From: an uncultured Gammaproteobacteria bacterium | GTDB taxonomy: Bacteria > Pseudomonadota > Gammaproteobacteria > JACCXJ01 | DNA: 64,000 nt | Assembly: GCA_963764725.1 (NCBI GenBank) | Contig: CAVXTM010000011.1 | Coordinates: 224,001-288,000 of the forward strand | Direction: 5' to 3' | Part shown: positions 56,504 to 64,000 of the stretch, in pieces | How positions within the stretch are numbered: the stretch's first letter is position 1 | How the letters are laid out: every line of letters begins with the position of its first letter | Made by a program: the position numbers and the translations under genes | The notes under the pieces: model-generated | What the model saw: the letters and a program-made list of their open reading frames with translations, nothing else | Databases searched by the model: none | What the model was told of the DNA's origin: nothing

Positions 56504-57468
56504 GGCCGCCCATCCTCGCTTAAGGCCTCCAAGAGGAGGGCCATATCCGGGGGGAGAGGAGATTGCCATTCCAGCTCGTGTCCGGTCGAGGGGTGCAGCA
56601 GCCGCAGCCGCGATGCGTGCAGCGCCTGGCGTTTGAATTCTTGCAGGGCGCGTGTCAGCGCTGCCGTCGCACCCGACGGCAGCATTAGCCGGCCGCCGTA
56701 GACAGGATCCCCCACGATGGGCATGCGCAGGTGCGCCATATGTACGCGGATCTGATGGGTCCTTCCGGTTTCAAGCTGTAGCCCCAGATGCGTATGCGCG
56801 GGAAACCGGCGCAGCACGCAATAGTGGGTCACGGCTTCCCGTCCTCCCGCGACGACCGCCATGCGCATGCGCTGAACGGGATGCCGGCCGAGCGGTGCGG
56901 ACACCGTGCCACCGGCGACTAACGCACCCCGAACTACCGCATCGTATTCGCGCATGATCCGACGTGCTTTAAGCTCTTTTACCAGGTAAGCGTGCGCGCG
57001 CGGCGAACGCGCGATCACGAGTAAACCGGAGGTCTCTTTGTCGAGCCTATGTACGATACCGGCACGCGGTAGAAGCGCCAGCCCCGGATCGAAATGCAGC
57101 AGCGCGTTGAGCAAGGTGCCTTCACGATTCCCAGCCCCGGGATGCACGACCAATCCCGCGGGTTTGTCGATCACGATGAGGTCGTCATCTTCATGGATTA
57201 TCGCGAGCGCGATCGGCTGCGGTTGCGACCTAACGCACGGCTCGACACTCGGCCAGAGCTCCACCGATTCCCCTCCGCGGAGGATTTCCCGCGGTTTCAC
57301 ACGCCGGTGGTTTACCAGCAGCTTGCCATCGAGGATCCAGCCCTTAAGCGTGGTTCTCGAATAATCGGCGAACAGGCGACTCGCGGCTTGATCGACGCGC
57401 ATGCCGGTGAATTCGCCCGGGATCACCGAGGTGAGGCGCTCCCCGTTCATGCGCTCATCGTTTCGCAT
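56482..57468 (-). CDS. rluD: 23S rRNA pseudouridine synthase RluD
   Basis: S4 domain, KPAGLVVHPG, HRLDKETSG, TGRTHQIRVH. Confidence 0.96.
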   Translation of the reverse strand: MRNDERMNGERLTSVIPGEFTGMRVDQAASRLFADYSRTTLKGWILDGKLLVNHRRVKPREILRGGESVELWPSVEPCVRSQPQPIALAIIHEDDDLIVIDKPAGLVVHPGAGNREGTLLNALLHFDPGLALLPRAGIVHRLDKETSGLLVIARSPRAHAYLVKELKARRIMREYDAVVRGALVAGGTVSAPLGRHPVQRMRMAVVAGGREAVTHYCVLRRFPAHTHLGLQLETGRTHQIRVHMAHLRMPIVGDPVYGGRLMLPSGATAALTRALQEFKRQALHASRLRLLHPSTGHELEWQSPLPPDMALLLEALSEDGRPCRTLRR

Positions 57469-57552
57469 CCACCCATTGGATCACTGAAACTCGCCCTGGG
57501 ATTTGAATACCAATAGAATGAATGATACGCCCACGCGCTCGCATTGACCCCT

Positions 57553-58329
57553 ATGCGCATCTTGTATCTTCTGATCATCCTCGCGGCGCTCGCCGGTTGT
57601 GCCATCTTCGGTGACGATAAAGAAGATGAAACGGCCGATTGGTCCGCCGAGAAATTATACGCCGAGGGAAAAGAGTCGTTGGAGTCCGAGTACTACACCA
57701 AGGCCGTCGAGTACTACGAGAAGTTGCTCGCCCGGTACCCTTTCGGTGTGCATGCCCAGCAAGCCCAACTCGACCTTGCCTACGCCTACTATAAAAACGA
57801 CGAATCTGCCTCGGCCGTTGCCGCCTGCGACCGATTCATCAAGCTCTACCCGGGCCACTCCCATGTGGATTACGCGTACTATCTGAAGGGATTGGCCAAT
57901 TTTAGTCAGGGCAAGGGACTGACGGAACGCTATTTGCCGGTCGATCCTTCGCAGCGCGATCAAGCCACGGCATTGAAATCGTTTCAAGATTTTTCGGAGC
58001 TTGTTAAACGCTTTCCGAAGAGCCGCTATGTCAAGGATGCGCAGTTACGCATGACGTATCTACGCAACCTGCTGGCGCAGCACGAGATCAATACCGCCCA
58101 TTACTATATGCGCCGCGGAGCCTATGTCGCGGCGGCCAATCGCGCGCGTTACGTAGTCGAGAACTACCAGCGCGCACCGGCCATGCCCGAGGCGCTCTTC
58201 ATGATGGCGAAGGCTTACCGCGTTCTACAGCTCGATGATCTGGCCAAGGATGCGATCCGCGTCCTCGAGATCAATTACCCGAACTACCCGGGCATCAACG
58301 AGCTCAAATCTCTACGGATCAGCGACTAG
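57553..58329 (+). CDS. bamD: Outer membrane assembly lipoprotein BamD
   Basis: Lipobox LAGC, TPRs, AAANRA; divergent from rluD. Confidence 0.95.
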   Translation: MRILYLLIILAALAGCAIFGDDKEDETADWSAEKLYAEGKESLESEYYTKAVEYYEKLLARYPFGVHAQQAQLDLAYAYYKNDESASAVAACDRFIKLYPGHSHVDYAYYLKGLANFSQGKGLTERYLPVDPSQRDQATALKSFQDFSELVKRFPKSRYVKDAQLRMTYLRNLLAQHEINTAHYYMRRGAYVAAANRARYVVENYQRAPAMPEALFMMAKAYRVLQLDDLAKDAIRVLEINYPNYPGINELKSLRISD

Positions 58330-59953
58330 CGTCGATCTCGGTGTAACCGGAAGTAATCGGATAGCGTCGATCGCGCCCGAACGCCCGCTGGCTGATGCGC
58401 ACCCCGGGCGCCGCTTGACGCCGCTTGTATTCGTTGCGATCCACCATGCGTACCACTTTGGCGACCGTCGCGGCATCGAAGCCGGCCCGGACGATCTCCT
58501 CGGGTGTCTGATCGTCCTCAATATAGCGTTCGAGGATCGGGTCAAGGACCGCGTAGGCTGGGAGGCTATCCTCGTCCTTTTGGCCGGGCGCTAGCTCCGC
58601 CGAGGGCGGCCGATCGAAGACTCGCTGGGGAATGACGGGGGCGATGCGATTGCGCCACGCGGCGAGGCGATAGACGAGCGTCTTCGGCACGTCCTTCAGA
58701 GGGGCAAAGCCTCCGGCCATGTCCCCGTAGAGCGTCGCGTAGCCGACCGCCATCTCGCTCTTATTGCCGGTGGTCAGCACCAGCTTGCCGGTCTTATTCG
58801 AGAAGGCCATCAAAATCACCCCGCGGCACCGCGCTTGAATATTCTCCTCGGTGGTGTCGCGCGGGCGCCCGGCGAACACGGCGCCGAGGCTCTCCTCGAA
58901 GGCCCTCACCGCCGGCTCGATGGAAATCGTATGGTAAGCGACGCCGAGCCGCCGCGCCTCCTCGGCGGCGTCGGTGAGGCTCATCTCGGCGCTAAAGCGC
59001 GAGGGCATCAAGACCGCTTCCACGGCGTCCTTGCTCAAGGCATCCACCGCAATCGCCAGGGTCAAGGCCGAATCGATCCCGCCAGAAAGCCCCAGCACCG
59101 CGCCGCGAAACCCGTTCTTGCGGGCATAATCGCGGGCCCCGAGCACCAGTGCTTGATAGATTCCTTCTTCGTCTTCGCCCGGCGGAACGACCTCGCCCGT
59201 GCGCGGACTCACCGGCCGGCCAGGATCCAGGTCCAGCGGGTAAATGCCTTCGGTGAAATCGGGCACGCGTAGGCAAACGCTGCCATCCGCGTCAAGGACT
59301 GTCGAGCCGCCGTCGAACACCAACTCATCCTGGCCGCCGACTAGATTGACGTAGATGATCGGCAGACCACTCTCATGGCAGGCGTGCTTCAATACCTCCT
59401 CGCGTTCCGCAGCCTTGCCGAGATGGAAGGGCGAGGCGTTGATGTTGAGGATTGCCTGAGCGCCGGCATCGCGCGCCTGCAAGGCGGTGCCGGCGATCCA
59501 GATGTCCTCGCAAATGCTGAGGGCAAACGCGATGCCCTTGATCTCGACGACCTGTGCGCCAGCACCGGGCACGAAGTAACGCTTCTCGTCGAAGACGCCG
59601 TAATTGGGAAGGTGTTGCTTATGATAGGTGGCCCTAATGCGGCCTGTTGCGATCAGAGAACAGGCGTTATAAAGCCGCCCCTCATGCCGCCTCGGGTAGC
59701 CCACCACCAGTTCCACGCCTCGGACTCTCTGGGAGATCTCCGCAAGCGCGCTCTGTACCTGCCGCCAGAGGCTCGGGCGCAGGACGAGGTCTTCGGGCGG
59801 ATAACCGGTGAGCGATAATTCCGGGAATACGACCAGATCGGCCTTCAGCCGGTCACGGGCTTCTTCGGCGGCGGCCAGGATCCGCCGTGCGTTCCCCTGG
59901 ATATCGCCAACCGTGAGGTTCAACTGGGCGAGGGCGATGCGCAGCGATCCCAT
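58319..59953 (-). CDS. nadE: Glutamine-dependent NAD+ synthetase
   Basis: FPEL, FDEKRYF, ICEDIW; GLSGGIDS, NIQAR, TGNKSE. Confidence 0.96.
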   Translation of the reverse strand: MGSLRIALAQLNLTVGDIQGNARRILAAAEEARDRLKADLVVFPELSLTGYPPEDLVLRPSLWRQVQSALAEISQRVRGVELVVGYPRRHEGRLYNACSLIATGRIRATYHKQHLPNYGVFDEKRYFVPGAGAQVVEIKGIAFALSICEDIWIAGTALQARDAGAQAILNINASPFHLGKAAEREEVLKHACHESGLPIIYVNLVGGQDELVFDGGSTVLDADGSVCLRVPDFTEGIYPLDLDPGRPVSPRTGEVVPPGEDEEGIYQALVLGARDYARKNGFRGAVLGLSGGIDSALTLAIAVDALSKDAVEAVLMPSRFSAEMSLTDAAEEARRLGVAYHTISIEPAVRAFEESLGAVFAGRPRDTTEENIQARCRGVILMAFSNKTGKLVLTTGNKSEMAVGYATLYGDMAGGFAPLKDVPKTLVYRLAAWRNRIAPVIPQRVFDRPPSAELAPGQKDEDSLPAYAVLDPILERYIEDDQTPEEIVRAGFDAATVAKVVRMVDRNEYKRRQAAPGVRISQRAFGRDRRYPITSGYTEIDASR

Positions 59954-59998
59954 CGCTCTATGCGCTTCCACCTGCGACGCTGCGCGGGCGTTACGAAG

Positions 59999-60874
59999 CT
60001 ACCTCTTCAAGCACGCGGCCAGCGCCGAGCCAATTTCGGCCGGGGAGCGTACGGTCACCACCCCGGCGGCTTTCAGGGACCGGTATTTCGCTTCCGCCGT
60101 ACCTCCCCCGCGCGAGATGATAGCACCCGCGTGCCCCATGCGTTTGCCGGGCGGCGCGGTGACGCCAGCGACGTAAGCGACGACCGGTTTGGTGACATGC
60201 GCCTGGATATATTCCGCCGCCTCTTCTTCTTCCGTGCCTCCGATCTCGCCGACCAAAATGATGCCCCGAGTCTCCGGATCTTGTTCAAATAACTGCAAAC
60301 ACTCGACGAAATCCATCCCATGAATCGGGTCGCCGCCATTCCCTATACAGGTGCTTTGTCCTAGGCCGAGTTGCGTGGTCTGATGCACGGCCTCGTAGTT
60401 CAGGGTTCCGGAGCGGGACATGATGCCCGCGCATCCCGGCCGGTGAATGCTCGCCGGCATGATACCAATCTTGCACTGCCCGGGGGTGATGATGCCGGGA
60501 GAGTTGGGGCCGATGAGCTGCGTTTTGGGATATTGGCGCAGGCTCGCCCGGACCTTGAGCATGTCAAGGACGGGGATCCCTTCCGTGATACAGACGATGA
60601 GCCGGATCCCGGCATCGGCCGCTTCCGCGATCGCCTCCGCGGCATAAGGCCCCGGCACGAAGATCATGCTCGCCTCGGCCCCGGTCTCGTGCACGGCTTC
60701 GTAGACGGTGTCAAACACCGGCAAGCCGAGATGAGTCTCCCCGCCGCGCCCAGGCGTGACCCCCCCCACGATCCGGGTGCCGTACTCGAGCGCCTGTTGT
60801 GAATGGAACGCACCCTGCCGGCCGGTAATTCCTTGGCAGATCACCCTGGTATTCTTGTCAACGAGTATTGCCAT
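59999..60874 (-). CDS. sucD: Succinyl-CoA synthetase alpha subunit
   Basis: Starts [15 protein letters not shown]; [14 protein letters not shown]. Confidence 0.96.
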   Translation of the reverse strand: MAILVDKNTRVICQGITGRQGAFHSQQALEYGTRIVGGVTPGRGGETHLGLPVFDTVYEAVHETGAEASMIFVPGPYAAEAIAEAADAGIRLIVCITEGIPVLDMLKVRASLRQYPKTQLIGPNSPGIITPGQCKIGIMPASIHRPGCAGIMSRSGTLNYEAVHQTTQLGLGQSTCIGNGGDPIHGMDFVECLQLFEQDPETRGIILVGEIGGTEEEEAAEYIQAHVTKPVVAYVAGVTAPPGKRMGHAGAIISRGGGTAEAKYRSLKAAGVVTVRSPAEIGSALAACLKR

Positions 60875-62037
60875 TAGGCTCCCCCTACGGCAGCCGCCGC
60901 CTTGCGAGCGGCATCGCCCAGGTCCTCGGCGGCAGTGATTGAAAACGCTGTCTCGGCCAGAATTTTCCGGCCCCGCTCCGCATTGGTCCCTTCGATCCGC
61001 ACGACCACGGGCACATTGACGCCGACTTCCTTGACGGCTTGGATGATTCCCTCGGCGATGAGATCGCAGCGCACGATGCCGCCGAAAATATTGACCAGGA
61101 TGGCTTTGACCTTGGTGTCGGACACCAAGAGCTTGAACGCTTCGGCCACCTTGTCCGCGGTCGTATTGCCCCCGACATCGAGGAAATTGGCCGGCTGGCC
61201 GCCGTGCAGCTTGATGACATCCATGGTCGCCATCGCCAATCCCGCTCCGTTCACCATGCAACCGATGTTGCCGTCGAGGCTCACATAGTTCAGATCGTAA
61301 CGCCGGGCGACATTCTCCTTCGCGTCCTCTTGGGTTGGATCGCGCCATTCGGCAAGCGCCGCTTGGCGGTACAAGGCGTTATCGTCGATCGATATCTTGG
61401 CATCCAGGGCTTGGAGCTCGCCCGCATCGGTAATGATCAAGGGGTTGATCTCGATGAGGCTCAGGTCCTTCTCAAGGAAGAGCCGGAACATGGCCGGTAG
61501 AATCGCGGACAGTTGCTTGTTCTGAGTCGCATCGAGCCCCAATGCTTGAGAGATGCGGCGGCTCTGGAATGATTGCAACCCAAGGATTGGATCGATGGTG
61601 AGGCTCAGGATCTTCTCCGGCTCCGTAGCGGCCACCTCTTCGATGTCCATACCGCCGGCCCGCGAGGTGATGATGGCGAGGCGTTTGGTCCTGCGATCAA
61701 CCACCATCGCGAGATAAATCTCAGCCACGAAATTCGATGCGCGCTGCACCAGAACGCAATTGACGGGTTGTCCGGTCGGCGCCGATTGCTTGGTAATCAA
61801 CTGCATACCCAGCATGTCGCGCACGATGCTTTCGACCTTTTCGATGCTGTCGGCGAACTTTACCCCCCCGGCTTTGCCGCGTCCGCCGGCATGAACTTGA
61901 GCTTTGATGACCCAGGGTCCGTGCAATTCCGCCGCATGGCGCAAGGCTTCCTTGATCGAGTGCGCGGGCTTGCCGGGGGGCACCGCGATCCCATATTCCT
62001 CAAACAGTTTCTTGGCTTGATATTCGTGAAGATTCAT
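60874..62037 (-). CDS. sucC: Succinyl-CoA synthetase beta subunit
   Basis: [45 protein letters not shown]. Confidence 0.97.
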   Translation of the reverse strand: MNLHEYQAKKLFEEYGIAVPPGKPAHSIKEALRHAAELHGPWVIKAQVHAGGRGKAGGVKFADSIEKVESIVRDMLGMQLITKQSAPTGQPVNCVLVQRASNFVAEIYLAMVVDRRTKRLAIITSRAGGMDIEEVAATEPEKILSLTIDPILGLQSFQSRRISQALGLDATQNKQLSAILPAMFRLFLEKDLSLIEINPLIITDAGELQALDAKISIDDNALYRQAALAEWRDPTQEDAKENVARRYDLNYVSLDGNIGCMVNGAGLAMATMDVIKLHGGQPANFLDVGGNTTADKVAEAFKLLVSDTKVKAILVNIFGGIVRCDLIAEGIIQAVKEVGVNVPVVVRIEGTNAERGRKILAETAFSITAAEDLGDAARKAAAAVGGA

Positions 62038-62133
62038 CGCACTTTGGCCGCTAACAACCGACGGAGTGAATTCTAACAACAACTAACGCCGATAATACAT
62101 GGGAAGTTTTTCTCGCGAGCCGTTTTTCCAACG

Positions 62134-63789
62134 TTGAGCAATATAACGGTCACAGAGCGTCTGCAACCCGATCGTCATGCCTTTCGGCAAGCCATCGGCG
62201 TGCCTAACGATCGGCCATCACCGGCCTGGACCGCCCTCCGCTACTTCGGCCTCTACCGCTTGATCCTATCCGGGTTCTTTACGGTGATCGTCTGGACACG
62301 GCAGTTACCATCGCCACTCGGCGAGCACGATCCCGGCGTTTTCGCCACTGCGGTTTGCGCATATCTGCTGTTGGCGATCTTGGCTCAAGTCGGCGTGGAG
62401 ATTAGGCCGCACCGTTTCGGCGCACACGTGTTGGGCCAGGTCTTGACGGACACCGTGATGCTCACCGCCATGATGTATGCGAGCGGCGGGGTGACGAGCG
62501 GCATGGGGATGTTGCTTCTCGTCAGCATCGCGCTTGGGAGCATGCTGACCGAGGGCCGCACCGCTTTCTTGTTCGCGGGCGCCGCTTCGATCGCGGTGTT
62601 GTGCGAGGAAGCCTATTTTTGGTTATACGGTAACGCGCTCACGGCGAACTACACCCAGGCCGGCTTTCTCGGTTCGACGTTTTTTGCGACCGCTCTGTTA
62701 GGCCACGCGCTCGCCGAGCGGCTCCGCGCCAGCGAAGACCTGGCAGCGCGGCGCGGGGCCGATGTCGCACATCTCGAACGCCTCAACGAGCAGATCGTAC
62801 AGCGCCTGCGCTCGGGGATCGTGGTTCTCGATGCCATGGGCCGAGTGCGCTTGGTCAACCAGTCGGCACAGGTGCTACTCGGGCTCGCACAGCCCGTTTC
62901 GTCCCAGCCCTTGGCCATGCTCGCCTGGGATCTGGCGCAGCAGCTCGATAGTTGGCCGACTCATGCGCCTCCTTCACAAATCCTGCGTACGCCATCGCGC
63001 GGTACCGATCTCCTCGTATCGCGAGCGGAGCTAGGATCCGGGCCCGCGGCGGCAACCTTGGTATTCATCGAAGACGCCGCGGCGATGCGGCAACGCGCAC
63101 AGCGGCTCAAGCTCGCCTCGCTCGGGAGGCTGACCGCGAGTATTGCCCATGAGATCCGGAATCCCCTCGGGGCGATCAGCCATGCCGCGCAATTGCTCTC
63201 GGAGTCAACCGGGCACACCGAGGAAGACCGCTACGTCACGCGCATCATCAAAGGCCATTCCGAGCGGGTGAATCGCATCATAGAAAACGTACTGACCATC
63301 GGCCGCCGGGACCGCTCCGCGCCGGAGGTCTTTGCGATTAAGCCCTGGTTGGACGGGTTCGTGAGCGAGTTTTCCGCGCGCATGCAAATCTCGAGTGAGC
63401 GCGTGCTCGTCCATACGCAGCCGGAGGACATCGAGATCGTCATGGATCGCAGTCAACTTCACCAAGTCCTTTGGAACCTCTGCGAGAACGGCTTGCGTTA
63501 CAGCCAGGGTACGCCCGCGCTGGAATTGAGGTGCGGTATAAAAGCTACAGCCGAGACGCCCTTTCTCGATGTCATCGACCACGGAACGGGGATCCCCGGG
63601 GATATCGTGGATTCGATCTTCGAGCCCTTCGTGAGCAAGAACTCCCCCGGAAGCGGGCTTGGCCTCTACCTGGCGAGCGAGTTATGCGAGTGCAACCAAG
63701 CCTCGTTGAGCCTGCATGAGAATAGCGCCAAGGGCTGTTGCTTCCGGATCAGCTTTGCGCACCCTCAACGCCAACAGTGGATCGCCTAA
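62134..63789 (+). CDS. pilS: Type IV pilus sensor kinase PilS
   Basis: Six-TM N-terminus, PAS, KLASLGRLTASIAHEIRNPL, GLGLYLA.ELCE.NQA. Confidence 0.9.
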   Translation: MSNITVTERLQPDRHAFRQAIGVPNDRPSPAWTALRYFGLYRLILSGFFTVIVWTRQLPSPLGEHDPGVFATAVCAYLLLAILAQVGVEIRPHRFGAHVLGQVLTDTVMLTAMMYASGGVTSGMGMLLLVSIALGSMLTEGRTAFLFAGAASIAVLCEEAYFWLYGNALTANYTQAGFLGSTFFATALLGHALAERLRASEDLAARRGADVAHLERLNEQIVQRLRSGIVVLDAMGRVRLVNQSAQVLLGLAQPVSSQPLAMLAWDLAQQLDSWPTHAPPSQILRTPSRGTDLLVSRAELGSGPAAATLVFIEDAAAMRQRAQRLKLASLGRLTASIAHEIRNPLGAISHAAQLLSESTGHTEEDRYVTRIIKGHSERVNRIIENVLTIGRRDRSAPEVFAIKPWLDGFVSEFSARMQISSERVLVHTQPEDIEIVMDRSQLHQVLWNLCENGLRYSQGTPALELRCGIKATAETPFLDVIDHGTGIPGDIVDSIFEPFVSKNSPGSGLGLYLASELCECNQASLSLHENSAKGCCFRISFAHPQRQQWIA

Positions 63790-64000
63790 GTGGCTAGGCC
63801 GCTGACCCTCATCGTAGATGACGAACCGGACATTCGCGAGCTCCTGAACATCACGCTCAAGCGCATGGACATCGCCTGCCGGAGCGCCGTCAATCTCGGC
63901 GAGGCTCGCGAGATGCTGAAGCAGCAGACCTTCGACCTTTGCCTCACGGACATGCATTTACCCGATGGCGATGGGATCGATCTAGTCTCTTACATGCAAC
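63790..64000 (+). CDS. pilR: Response regulator PilR (partial)
   Basis: GTG directly after the pilS stop: LIVDDEPDIRELL...DLCLTDMHLPDGDG. Confidence 0.88.
   Translation, partial: MARPLTLIVDDEPDIRELLNITLKRMDIACRSAVNLGEAREMLKQQTFDLCLTDMHLPDGDGIDLVSYMQ

Noticed and set aside
60875-61348. Apparent 158-aa N-terminal extension of SucD
   Set aside because: Alternate-frame read of sucC; the real start is MAILVDKN at 60874.
1-64000. tRNA, rRNA, CRISPR array, prophage or integrase genes
   Set aside because: None recognised by eye. tRNAscan-SE and Rfam would be needed to exclude small RNAs.

Overview
64-kb window of a GC-rich gammaproteobacterial chromosome (lineage inferred from gene order only). 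(1) 1-29.4 kb, all on the minus strand: a surface-polysaccharide locus with glycosyltransferases, an epimerase, a triply frameshifted Wzx flippase, rmlACDB, an IS5 scar, a phosphoglycosyl transferase with a degenerate GGDEF-like head, and amino-sugar enzymes. It also holds two giant secreted modular DUF4082 proteins that share a ~774-bp near-identical block. Two RfaH paralogs are each followed ~100 nt downstream by an ops element, and several sigma54-type promoters are present. (2) 30.5-50.9 kb: core genes, including an uncalled 52-aa histone-H1-like ORF, a J-domain/VWA pair, aas, ntrC, a frameshifted ntrB, glnA with NtrC boxes, lysA, an uncalled lptM, rhlB-trxA-rho, a sulfur-oxidiser-type sat, a NUDIX gene, and tesA-ybbA-ybbP. 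(3) 50.9-55.7 kb: an integron-type cassette array with no integrase gene in the window. It has a duplicated attI-upstream region, two intact attC sites and one decayed one. It carries candidate defence genes: a Zn-ribbon/HEPN-like protein and a two-gene PRTase + SLOG cassette resembling a minimal ShosTA. These are followed by a restriction-modification C-terminal scar, a DUF6883-DUF4926 pair and a GNAT. (4) 55.7-64 kb: pgeF, rluD, bamD, nadE, sucD, sucC, pilS and partial pilR. No rRNA, tRNA or CRISPR array was seen. All family assignments come from motif recognition by eye, not from database searches.
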